Positions 46,793 through 55,348 of a DNA stretch of 64,000 bases are shown piece after piece. Below the pieces are notes generated by a model. The model searched no databases, was not told the origin of the DNA, and worked only from the letters and a program-made list of their open reading frames with translations. How positions within the stretch are numbered: the stretch's first letter is position 1; every line of letters starts with the position of its first letter. The translations under genes and the position numbers were made by a program. The DNA is from a virus, in the IMG/VR virus record IMGVR_UViG_3300025141_000022, positions 96,001 through 160,000 of that record; one strand, given 5' to 3'.

Positions 46793-46828
46793 ATTAAATA
46801 AAAAATGAATATATTAGGCTCCCAAGCG

Positions 46829-46836
46829 TCTAATTA
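46829..46836 (+). promoter_or_regulatory. Possible late promoter
   Basis: TCTAATTA in the intergenic gap before ORF 46864. Confidence 0.4.
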
Positions 46837-46863
46837 TTACATATGATAAAAGGAGAGAATATC

Positions 46864-47253
46864 ATGAATAGACTTATCTGTATTGTTGGATTGGCAGTGG
46901 GACTCATCGGCTCAACAGGATGCGCGACAGCGCATGCCCATCCGGTGGTAACCGCACATGTTGGTGTTACAACAACCCATGGAACAGCGCACGTTGGTAC
47001 TCACAACCACCAAGCTAGACCTCAGCGGCCTGGACCCAATTATGTGTGGCGTTCCGGTACCGGCTGGGTATACCGTGCGCCTACTCGCACCCACAGGCCC
47101 AACAACGCCCAGAACTGTAGACGACAAACTTGGGTGCCGGGACATTATGTTGGCCGAGGCCACCATCGTCGGTGGGTACATGGGCGATATATCTCTGTGT
47201 GTGCCACCCGCTATAATAATACTAGCGATCCGTGGCGATGTCATAGGCGGTAA
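46864..47253 (+). CDS. Putative lipoprotein with YXWGXW-like repeats (ATG 46864)
   Basis: AGGAG RBS; signal LICIVGLAVGLIGSTG/C; PGPNYVWRSGTGW and TWVPGHYVGRGHHRRWVHGRY. Confidence 0.6.
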   Translation: MNRLICIVGLAVGLIGSTGCATAHAHPVVTAHVGVTTTHGTAHVGTHNHQARPQRPGPNYVWRSGTGWVYRAPTRTHRPNNAQNCRRQTWVPGHYVGRGHHRRWVHGRYISVCATRYNNTSDPWRCHRR

Positions 47254-47266
47254 TATAAAATAATTC

Positions 47267-47295
47267 TTGACTTAGAGCCTCCCATGTGTTATTAT
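47267..47295 (+). promoter_or_regulatory. sigma70-type promoter with extended -10
   Basis: TTGACT 47267-47272, 17-bp spacer, TGn-TATTAT 47290-47295. Confidence 0.72.
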
Positions 47296-47317
47296 ATTAG
47301 CACCATGGGAGGTTTTT

Positions 47318-47740
47318 GTGTCTGAAAGAGAAATAGAGCCGAGTGTTTTGTATACTGGCCGCAACAAAAGATATATTGAATATGCTAGACGGATTGCAGA
47401 GAAATCCCAGTCCCCTGATTATCGCCATGGCGCTTTGCTGGTAAAAGGCGGCCAAGTGATTAACAGTTCCTACAACAAGAATTCGTATAAGGGGTGGGCG
47501 ACACGATTCAGAGATCGATTTAGTGGCCACGCTACCCATCACGCAGAGTTGGGATGTATTCTTGGCGTAGATAGAGCAAACATAAAAGGCTCTACAATTT
47601 ATGTAGCTAGGATAGGCAAGAAAGGCGATTTGAGGATGTCTAAACCTTGCCCCATGTGTACTGAAATTCTAAAGAACATGGGCGTGAGAAAAGTAGTCTA
47701 TTCTATCTCAGAGGGGCAAATTGATTGTGAAAAATTATGA
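47318..47740 (+). CDS. Zn-dependent cytidine/dCMP deaminase-superfamily protein
   Basis: HHAELGCI and SKPCPMC zinc ligands; RHGALLVKGG N-terminal strand. Confidence 0.85.
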   Translation: MSEREIEPSVLYTGRNKRYIEYARRIAEKSQSPDYRHGALLVKGGQVINSSYNKNSYKGWATRFRDRFSGHATHHAELGCILGVDRANIKGSTIYVARIGKKGDLRMSKPCPMCTEILKNMGVRKVVYSISEGQIDCEKL

Positions 47741-47976
47741 AAGTTGGTGACTTAGTTAAATGGAGTATTGACCCGTCTTATTGGGGCATTATTTTAGAGA
47801 AATCTCTTGCTATGGATGTTTATGAATCTCATCAATTACACTCCATGGAAATGTCGCCGCACGAACAGGTATATAAGATATGGTGGTACCCATTTGCTAA
47901 GAATATTGGCGTATTTACAACTACAGATTTAATACTATTCTCGGAGGGAGAAAATGAAAAGACTTTTGATTATTGA
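47737..47976 (+). CDS. Small hypothetical protein (KVGDLV, SH3/KOW-like start)
   Basis: MKVGDLVKW...GIILE; coupled start and stop overlaps. Confidence 0.55.
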   Translation: MKVGDLVKWSIDPSYWGIILEKSLAMDVYESHQLHSMEMSPHEQVYKIWWYPFAKNIGVFTTTDLILFSEGENEKTFDY

Positions 47977-48922
47977 TGCTTTGAACATGTATTTCAGAGC
48001 GTATATTGTAGATCCAAGTTTGTCTACAAATGGCCAACCAATTGGCGGCATTAAAGGGTTTACTAAGATTCTACAAAAACAGATTCGTGAAAGCAAGCCT
48101 GACGAAGTGATTATATGTTGGGATGGCCAAGGCGGCTCTCAAAGGAGGAAGGCTCAAAACAAGGGCTATAAAGAAGGCCGAAAGCCAATTCGCCTTAATC
48201 GCGAAATTAGAAACCTTTCTGAGAATGAAGAAGTCGCAAACAAAGTTTGGCAGCAGACAAGGCTCATTGAATATTTGAACAACTTGTCCATTATTCAGTT
48301 GATGTTACCGGGGGTAGAGGCCGATGACATCATTAGCTATGTCTGCCAGATGCCGCATTATGCAGATTGGCAAAAAGTGATTGTGTCTTCAGATAAAGAC
48401 TTTATCCAACTTTGTGACGACACTACTGTTCTCTATCGGCCAATCCAGAAGCAGGTTCTGAACTCCACTCGGATTGTTGAAGATTATGGAATACATCCAG
48501 TTAATTTTGCCATGGCCCGCGCCATTGCTGGAGATAAGTCTGACAACCTCCCTGGAGTCGGTGGTGTTGGCTTGCCAACTATCGCTAAGAGGCTTCCATT
48601 TCTAAAAGAAAATAAAACTTACACAATTGATGACATTACTAATTACTGTAAGGAAGTCGAAAGCAATCTTAAGGTATACAGCACCATTCTTGAAAAAAGA
48701 GATTTGATTCATGACAATTACAAAATTATGCAACTGTACGCACCCTCTATCAGTCCACAGGGCAAAAACAAGGTAAAGTATGATGTTGAAAATTTTGTTT
48801 TTGAATTGAATCAGACAGAAATCAAGAAGATGATGATAGAAGATGGTTTCGGCGCTCTAGATCTAACTGATTTGTTTACAGCCATGAAAAGAATTGTGGC
48901 TGAGAGCAAAAAAACAAACTAA
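47954..48922 (+). CDS. 5'-3' exonuclease / flap endonuclease (T4 RNase H-like)
   Basis: LLIIDALN, CWDGQGGS, GVEADDII, SSDKDFIQL, GDKSDNLPGVGGVG (H3TH motif). Confidence 0.93.
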   Translation: MKRLLIIDALNMYFRAYIVDPSLSTNGQPIGGIKGFTKILQKQIRESKPDEVIICWDGQGGSQRRKAQNKGYKEGRKPIRLNREIRNLSENEEVANKVWQQTRLIEYLNNLSIIQLMLPGVEADDIISYVCQMPHYADWQKVIVSSDKDFIQLCDDTTVLYRPIQKQVLNSTRIVEDYGIHPVNFAMARAIAGDKSDNLPGVGGVGLPTIAKRLPFLKENKTYTIDDITNYCKEVESNLKVYSTILEKRDLIHDNYKIMQLYAPSISPQGKNKVKYDVENFVFELNQTEIKKMMIEDGFGALDLTDLFTAMKRIVAESKKTN

Positions 48923-48925
48923 TTA
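48918..48925 (+). promoter_or_regulatory. Putative late promoter inside the replication region
   Basis: ACTAATTA overlapping the exonuclease stop, 5 bp before ATG 48931. Confidence 0.5.
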
Positions 48926-48930
48926 TTATC

Positions 48931-49761
48931 ATGATGGACGCTTTTCTAGATAAATGGAAATCATATAAAACTGCCGACTTCGAACTGAAAGAACTTGTAG
49001 ACCCTGAATCGGTAGCTACCTCGTCCTTTGAGGTACAGGATAGTCTACATTCCGCTTTTTGGTCAACTGAGGGCAAACTGGACCCAAAAGTTCGAAAACG
49101 ACTAATCAGAATAGCTAAGAACTTTATTAAGGACTTGGAACTTTCCGAACTTGAGATAGAAGACCTGACATTTACAGGATCACTAGCGAACTACAACTGG
49201 TCTAAATATTCAGATATAGACTTGCACATAATTGTTGATTTTTCAGCCCTTGAGGGTGACCAAGAGTTACTCAATAATTACTTTAATGCTAAGAGAGCGT
49301 ATTGGAACATGAAGCACGCGATTATGATGCATGACTTCGAAGTGGAAATATACGTTCAAGATTCCAACGAACCACATACGGCATCCGGCTTATACTCCGT
49401 ATACTTTGATGAATGGATCAATACGCCGCAAAAACAAGACCCCGTTATCGATCACACAAATATAAAGGTTAAAGCAGCTGCCTTGATGGATCAGATAGAC
49501 ACAGCACAAGAAATGTTCAATGACGGCGCGTACAAAAAGGTTATTGAGTATGTTGAAAAATTGCGAGAAAAAATTAAGAAATTTAGAACCTCTGGTTTAA
49601 ATAATGGTGGCGAATACTCTATAGAAAATTTAGCATTTAAAGCTTTACGAAGAAATGGGTATTTAGGTAAACTATCGGATTTGAGAATTGCGTCATATGA
49701 TGAATTGATGTCTCTACATCCCGAAATGATAACCATATTAGTTGGGGAGGATGCAGGATGA
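48931..49761 (+). CDS. Pol-beta-superfamily nucleotidyltransferase
   Basis: FTGSLANYNWSKYSDIDLHI (GS...DxD) and EVEIYVQD third acidic site. Confidence 0.85.
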   Translation: MMDAFLDKWKSYKTADFELKELVDPESVATSSFEVQDSLHSAFWSTEGKLDPKVRKRLIRIAKNFIKDLELSELEIEDLTFTGSLANYNWSKYSDIDLHIIVDFSALEGDQELLNNYFNAKRAYWNMKHAIMMHDFEVEIYVQDSNEPHTASGLYSVYFDEWINTPQKQDPVIDHTNIKVKAAALMDQIDTAQEMFNDGAYKKVIEYVEKLREKIKKFRTSGLNNGGEYSIENLAFKALRRNGYLGKLSDLRIASYDELMSLHPEMITILVGEDAG

Positions 49762-50369
49762 ATAAAAAGTGGAAAAACTTCATTAATGAAAAAGTTTGGG
49801 CCGATTACGAAGAGCCCAAAGGTCAATGGAAAGACGTACCATTATCAGATCTTGAACACGATCCCGATGAATATGATTTAACTGACGAAATGTATAACCT
49901 AATTGCCACAGCATATGCTAAAATCGGCGGTCATGTAAATATTAAAGGCCCAGCAGATGTTCCAGATAAATATGATCAGTGGTCAGCGGTCGATTTGGAT
50001 GGTGATCCTGAACCTGACGCTTTGCGAGTGGCATCAACCAAGCCGGCCGGAACAAAACTTACGGTTTCGGGCCACGATGGTACTCGTATAGCAAAAAATG
50101 CCTACACTGACAAAACTGCAGACATGCTTAAGAAGGATGGATATTTCGCGGAGATGTCTGACGCCATCGCGCACATTATGATTACCAGATACAATATCGA
50201 GTCGGTCAACGATAAAGAAACAGTCGAGAAAGTTTTAGGCAAATCGGTCGATTGGGTCGGCCCTCACCCAGAGGGTAAATACCCAGAGCACACCGGGTGG
50301 TATGTTCGTAAGTTGAGCGGCAAGGTTAGTCACATGAAGATTATGCTTGGAAAGCCAAAGGTAGGATAA
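49758..50369 (+). CDS. Putative internal head protein with KWKNFINE leader
   Basis: N-terminus MNKKWKNFINE; GGAGG RBS. Confidence 0.65.
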   Translation: MNKKWKNFINEKVWADYEEPKGQWKDVPLSDLEHDPDEYDLTDEMYNLIATAYAKIGGHVNIKGPADVPDKYDQWSAVDLDGDPEPDALRVASTKPAGTKLTVSGHDGTRIAKNAYTDKTADMLKKDGYFAEMSDAIAHIMITRYNIESVNDKETVEKVLGKSVDWVGPHPEGKYPEHTGWYVRKLSGKVSHMKIMLGKPKVG

Positions 50370-50371
50370 AT

Positions 50372-52894
50372 ATGAATATTAACAAATGGCGTAATTTCCT
50401 GAATGAAAAGAAGGAGCGCCTCCTAAGAGAAATTACAGAAGACGAGATGGAACATATTCGTGACGCTCTCGACAATATGGACAGCGGCGAAGACTTAGCT
50501 TTTTCAGAGTTGTTTGGCGACAGGACAAGAATTGTTCTCGACTTTAAAACAGCAGATAGCGAAAGCGAGTTGGGAAGATTTATTAACCTTTTTGACGTGC
50601 TTGGATACGAAGTCGATTGGCAGAAAGGACTAATATCAGCGACAAAAACATTGCAAAACACAAGCCCAGGAGGTATGTCCGACCGCATGCTCGCCATGAC
50701 ACATGGTGGTACTGGTGGCAAGGAGGATAGACAACGAAAGATCCAGATGAAGATCGGAAAGTTCTTCGCAAAGATTTATGATTTAGCCACAAAACAAAAG
50801 AAACTAGTTGATCAGGTTTTCAATTCTAAAGAAGCAGCGAGCCTCAAGGCTCAATATTCAACCACCGTAACAGGCGAAATGGACTGGTGGAAAAATAAAC
50901 AAGCAAGGCACCTGACAGGCAACCACATCGAGGCTGGCTTAGGAGAAGAGTTGGCAGCTAGGCACTATCAGCTATACGATCAGTTGAATATGTACGTTGG
51001 CATTGACTATGGAAATGCTTTTGTAAGAGATCCATCCAGAGCAAAGAATTATATGGAGTACTGGCAAAAGAATGCCGGATACATCAAGAAGAATATAGAC
51101 AAAGCCACAAGTAATGAATACTCTATTGTTGTCACTAGGCACCCTGTTGATATTTTGCGCATGAGCGACTTTAACGCCATCCAATCTTGTCATTCGCCAC
51201 CATCTAGAGGAGGTGGAGCACACTATGAGTATTACAAATGTGCAGTAGCCGAAGCTCATGGCCATGGCGCTGTGGCTTATGTGCTCAACACAGAAGACTT
51301 GTTGCACGCTACAAATACTAGTAATATAGACAGCGCAGAACAGGAGATCCAAGATGGTGAACTTTTTGCAGATGATGTCAGAGGTAGCCACGTTGGAGCC
51401 AGCATGGATCTAACACCAATATCTCGTTTGCGGCTAAGACAAGTTAGACATTACGCATCAGATGATGTTCTTAACTCTCAAATGGGTATGGGCACGCAGA
51501 TAGCCGTGCCTGAAATGCGTATCTATGGTGAGAAGATTCCTGGTTTCAGGCAACGCATCATGAAATGGGCGAGAGAGAACCAAGAGCAGGCACTCGCCAA
51601 CGCCCCTAAAAGAGATGGCAGAATTGATCTGGGCCGATTCATTAAGTTTGGTGGCTCACAAGAGGACAACCAAATTGCTACTCTTCTCGGAGATTTGTAT
51701 GGACACGGAAGGCTTCCGCCGGCGGCACAGAAACAGGTATTTATTGGCAATATTATTAAAGATACTCGCACCGAAGACAATTTGGATGTTAATCTTGTTG
51801 GCGGCATCTTAGAACAGTATGAACAAGCCTGCGCAGAGATAACAGATGAGTGGAACAATAGAATGCAGGCTTGCGAGGTTGAAGCTAGAGTCGAAGACGA
51901 TGGTGGCGGCAGCGTTTACATTGCCCTATATGCTTCCATGATTATCAAGTGGGACGAAGACGATTTTATCGGACTGCCAAATTATATGGACTCGCAATAT
52001 GCAGTTGGCGAACTAAATGATATAGGATACAGTTGGTTTGAAGACAAGGGTATCAGATCCCAAGTTTCTTATAAACGTTCCCAAGGTGAGGACTTCCACA
52101 AGACATACATTATGCAGAAAATGGACATCGAAGCTGAAATGATACCTGAAATGGCGCAGCAAGCCTATGCTTATGACCCCGATGGGTTTGAGGATTTCTG
52201 TGTCGAGGTTAACAAAATTGATGACATGTACGATGGCATTAAAGAATACCTTGAGCGCTATTATAAGCGCGAGGGCTATATGGCTGGCGGTCAATTCATG
52301 AAGCTGGCATTGAATATTGAACATGGTGACCTTGATCCAGATTTCTGGGAAGTTGAGCTTGACGATCCATATGATCCAGAAGAAGCATATGAAGCCATGG
52401 CAAAAGTAAACTTGGAATTGGATCCCGGCTTGTATGTGATGGCATCTGGGTTTCCAATGACACCCGAAGATATGGTAAATGTATTGAACTCCCGAGAGTT
52501 CAGAACCAAGTTCCGCACAGAAGTACTAAAAGAGCCTATGAAATATGTGGGCACAGAAATGTTCTTATCCCTTCACGATGACACCAAAGCTAGTGTAGGC
52601 CGTCAGGTCAGCGCCGATGGATCTGGACGGACCAGCAAGATGTCTAATGCTGTTGACTTCGACTTTGTTATTAAGGTTACACAAGACGATCCCGAGATAT
52701 TAACTAAGGTTTTTGCACGGACTGTTGAGTATATGGACGATGAAGGCGAATTTTATGATCTCGCCAACCAAACTATAAAGGGTATAATGAGAGATCAGGT
52801 TCGTGATCGATACGCGGATCCCAAAGAGGAACCCCAAGGACTTTCCGAGTCTCATAAAGTAATGAACAGTTGGAGAAAGTTTTTAAATGGCTAA
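50372..52894 (+). CDS. 840-aa hypothetical protein with leader motif at both ends
   Basis: N-terminal MNINKWRNFLNE; C-terminal LSESHKVMNSWRKFLNG. Confidence 0.7.
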   Translation: MNINKWRNFLNEKKERLLREITEDEMEHIRDALDNMDSGEDLAFSELFGDRTRIVLDFKTADSESELGRFINLFDVLGYEVDWQKGLISATKTLQNTSPGGMSDRMLAMTHGGTGGKEDRQRKIQMKIGKFFAKIYDLATKQKKLVDQVFNSKEAASLKAQYSTTVTGEMDWWKNKQARHLTGNHIEAGLGEELAARHYQLYDQLNMYVGIDYGNAFVRDPSRAKNYMEYWQKNAGYIKKNIDKATSNEYSIVVTRHPVDILRMSDFNAIQSCHSPPSRGGGAHYEYYKCAVAEAHGHGAVAYVLNTEDLLHATNTSNIDSAEQEIQDGELFADDVRGSHVGASMDLTPISRLRLRQVRHYASDDVLNSQMGMGTQIAVPEMRIYGEKIPGFRQRIMKWARENQEQALANAPKRDGRIDLGRFIKFGGSQEDNQIATLLGDLYGHGRLPPAAQKQVFIGNIIKDTRTEDNLDVNLVGGILEQYEQACAEITDEWNNRMQACEVEARVEDDGGGSVYIALYASMIIKWDEDDFIGLPNYMDSQYAVGELNDIGYSWFEDKGIRSQVSYKRSQGEDFHKTYIMQKMDIEAEMIPEMAQQAYAYDPDGFEDFCVEVNKIDDMYDGIKEYLERYYKREGYMAGGQFMKLALNIEHGDLDPDFWEVELDDPYDPEEAYEAMAKVNLELDPGLYVMASGFPMTPEDMVNVLNSREFRTKFRTEVLKEPMKYVGTEMFLSLHDDTKASVGRQVSADGSGRTSKMSNAVDFDFVIKVTQDDPEILTKVFARTVEYMDDEGEFYDLANQTIKGIMRDQVRDRYADPKEEPQGLSESHKVMNSWRKFLNG

Positions 52895-53081
52895 GTTGAT
52901 ATTGCCGTTGCTCATCTTGTCTGCATGTCATAAGAAAGCAGCAACGGAGCCCGAAACATATATAATAAGAGATGACGTATTAGAATCTTTAAACGAAGAT
53001 GCATTTGATTCTTTGCCAGAGGCAGAACAGGACGATACAGCATCACCGGAAGAACAAGACTTATTAGACGAGGAATCTTAA
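52887..53081 (+). CDS. Small lipoprotein
   Basis: MAKLILPLLILSA/C lipobox, acidic mature part. Confidence 0.7.
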   Translation: MAKLILPLLILSACHKKAATEPETYIIRDDVLESLNEDAFDSLPEAEQDDTASPEEQDLLDEES

Positions 53082-53085
53082 ACTA

Positions 53086-53529
53086 ATGGAACTTATTTCT
53101 ACTCACTTTTGCAAGGCTGCAAATGTTGGCTATCATGGTAATTTATTTGGCGGCACAATGCTCGCTTGGCTGGACGAGGCCGGTGCAATATTTGCCTGCC
53201 AAGCATGCGACACACCACGGATGGTGACTAAACGGATTTCCGAAGTAGTGTTTAACAAGCCTGTTCGTCCTGGCCAAATCATTAAAATCTATGGTGAAGT
53301 TAAAATGGTTGGAAACCGTTCTATCGTGATTCGGCTGGAAGCCCGGCGACATAGCGTGTACAACGGTTCTCAGAGAACTGTTTTGACCACTGACATGACT
53401 TTTGTTCGAATTGATGGTGATGGAGAAGCAATTCCTATTAGCGATAAAGTGAAGAGCAAGTATAATGTCGATAACAAGCCTCTCTTGGTGGAGGAACAGG
53501 TTGATGCATATGAACATGGTGGAGATTGA
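53086..53529 (+). CDS. Acyl-CoA thioesterase (HotDog fold, YciA-like)
   Basis: N..GNLFGGTMLAWLDEAG, V.F.KPVRPGQII, VGNRSIVI, TFVRID..G..IP. Confidence 0.88.
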   Translation: MELISTHFCKAANVGYHGNLFGGTMLAWLDEAGAIFACQACDTPRMVTKRISEVVFNKPVRPGQIIKIYGEVKMVGNRSIVIRLEARRHSVYNGSQRTVLTTDMTFVRIDGDGEAIPISDKVKSKYNVDNKPLLVEEQVDAYEHGGD

Positions 53530-53933
53530 GTAATATAGTAGTAATTATGCAAACAGACACAGATCAAATAGGCAAAGCAGTGATTATAAAATGGCCACAT
53601 GTGCTGATTTTAAAAAGATCTATGCAATTAGAAAAGTTCCCAGGTGAATGGGACTTAGCTGGTGGCCACACTATCGAGGGAGAGGATCCACTCGACGGTG
53701 TTTTGAGAGAGGTATGGGAAGAGACAGGGTTTGTGTTATCTAATCCCGAAAAACTTTACAGTGATGGTAGAGAAGCATATTATAAAGTAATTGTTAACAG
53801 CGAGCAAGAAGTTCGATTAAGCAATGAGCACGAAGAGTATGTTTACGCCACACCAGACGAGATAGAATCTTATGAATTGCCTGATAAATATTTAAAGGCA
53901 ATTAGATATGCGCTAAAAGACATTTTAGCTTGA
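53526..53933 (+). CDS. NUDIX hydrolase
   Basis: WDLAGG...GEDPLDGVLREVWEETG Nudix box; LSNEHEEY. Confidence 0.9.
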   Translation: MSNIVVIMQTDTDQIGKAVIIKWPHVLILKRSMQLEKFPGEWDLAGGHTIEGEDPLDGVLREVWEETGFVLSNPEKLYSDGREAYYKVIVNSEQEVRLSNEHEEYVYATPDEIESYELPDKYLKAIRYALKDILA

Positions 53934-53958
53934 CAAAGCGATATAAACCGCTTATAAT
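53930..53958 (+). promoter_or_regulatory. Perfect-consensus sigma70 promoter of the helicase-nrdJ operon
   Basis: TTGACA 53930-53935, 17-bp spacer, TATAAT 53953-53958. Confidence 0.85.
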
Positions 53959-53986
53959 AAATAACAATCTTTAATACGAGGGATAC

Positions 53987-55348
53987 ATGGCAGAAGGACT
54001 CAACTTTGGTCATTACGGAAAAAACTTCCAAGAAGGGCTATGCCAGCTAATTTTACAAGATCGGCCTTTTGCAGATCAGATAACCGAGGTATTGGATATT
54101 GATTTTCTGGAGTTAAAGTATCTTCAGATTTTCACGAAAAAGATTTTTGAGTACAGGGAAAAGTACTCTGTCCACCCAAGCTACAAGATCATGACTACGA
54201 TTTTGCGCTCCGGTCTTGAAGAAGAGAACGAAGCTAGCAAGATTCAAGTTAGGGACTTCTTTACTCGTATTTATAACACAGAGGTAGAAGGTGCTGATTA
54301 TATTAAGGAAACCGCTTTAGACTTCTGCAAGAAGCAAGTTCTTAAGGCCGCTATGATAAAATCGGTTAAACTTTTGAAGAATTCGTCGTATGATGAGATT
54401 GCGGCCGAAATTGATAAGGCTTTAAAATTGGGCAGTGATACCAACTTTGGTTATGATTATATTGTCGATTTTGAGGAAAGGTTCCAAATTAAAGCTCGCT
54501 CACCCGTTACAACAGGATGGAAAGAGATAGATGAAATCTGTAAAGGTGGCCTAGGCAGCGGCGAACTTGGAGTTGTTATTGCGCCTACTGGTGCAGGAAA
54601 ATCAATGGTACTGGTCCATATCGGCACAGAAGCACTAAAAGCTGGCAAAACTGTTATACACTATACTTTGGAGTTGGCAGATACAACTATTGGAACTAGA
54701 TATGATAGCTGCCTGACATCTGTTCCGCTACAGACAATTTTTTCTTTCAAAGAACAAATTTATGAAGCAGTGCAGGACATCCCCGGTAGTCTTATTATTA
54801 AAGAGTATCCAACCAAATCGGCGTCTACTCAAACTATTAAAATGCATCTAGAAAAACTAAGACAAAGAGATATAACCCCAGACATGATCATTGTTGATTA
54901 TGGCGATCTTTTAAAGCCAGTTACCGCTTTTAAAGAAAAAAGAATGAACTTGGAATCTATTTACGAAGAACTCCGCGCAATATCGCAGGAGAATAACTGC
55001 CCTGTTTGGACAGCATCTCAAACTAATCGTTCAGGGTTGAATGCGGAGGTGATCACGATGGAGTCTATTAGCGAAGCTTTTAACAAATGCTTTGTTTCAG
55101 ACTTTATATTTTCTGTGTCTAGAACGATTGAAGATAAGACTAACAATACAGGAAGAATTTTTATTGCCAAGAACAGAAATGGACCCGATGGATTAATATA
55201 TCCGATTTTTATGGATCCCGGCCGAGTTAAAATTGAAGTGCTACCTCCGACCGGTGAAACCCCTGGAGAGGTTGCAGCTAAGACTGCAAGAGATCAGTCT
55301 GCACTTCTCAAAGAAAAATACAAGAAATATAGGAGTAAAGAAGAATGA
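53987..55348 (+). CDS. dnaB: Replicative DnaB-family helicase (gp41-like)
   Basis: TGWKEID, GELGVVIAPTGAGKS, YTLEL, IIVDYGDLL, VWTASQTNR, KNRNG. Confidence 0.92.
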   Translation: MAEGLNFGHYGKNFQEGLCQLILQDRPFADQITEVLDIDFLELKYLQIFTKKIFEYREKYSVHPSYKIMTTILRSGLEEENEASKIQVRDFFTRIYNTEVEGADYIKETALDFCKKQVLKAAMIKSVKLLKNSSYDEIAAEIDKALKLGSDTNFGYDYIVDFEERFQIKARSPVTTGWKEIDEICKGGLGSGELGVVIAPTGAGKSMVLVHIGTEALKAGKTVIHYTLELADTTIGTRYDSCLTSVPLQTIFSFKEQIYEAVQDIPGSLIIKEYPTKSASTQTIKMHLEKLRQRDITPDMIIVDYGDLLKPVTAFKEKRMNLESIYEELRAISQENNCPVWTASQTNRSGLNAEVITMESISEAFNKCFVSDFIFSVSRTIEDKTNNTGRIFIAKNRNGPDGLIYPIFMDPGRVKIEVLPPTGETPGEVAAKTARDQSALLKEKYKKYRSKEE

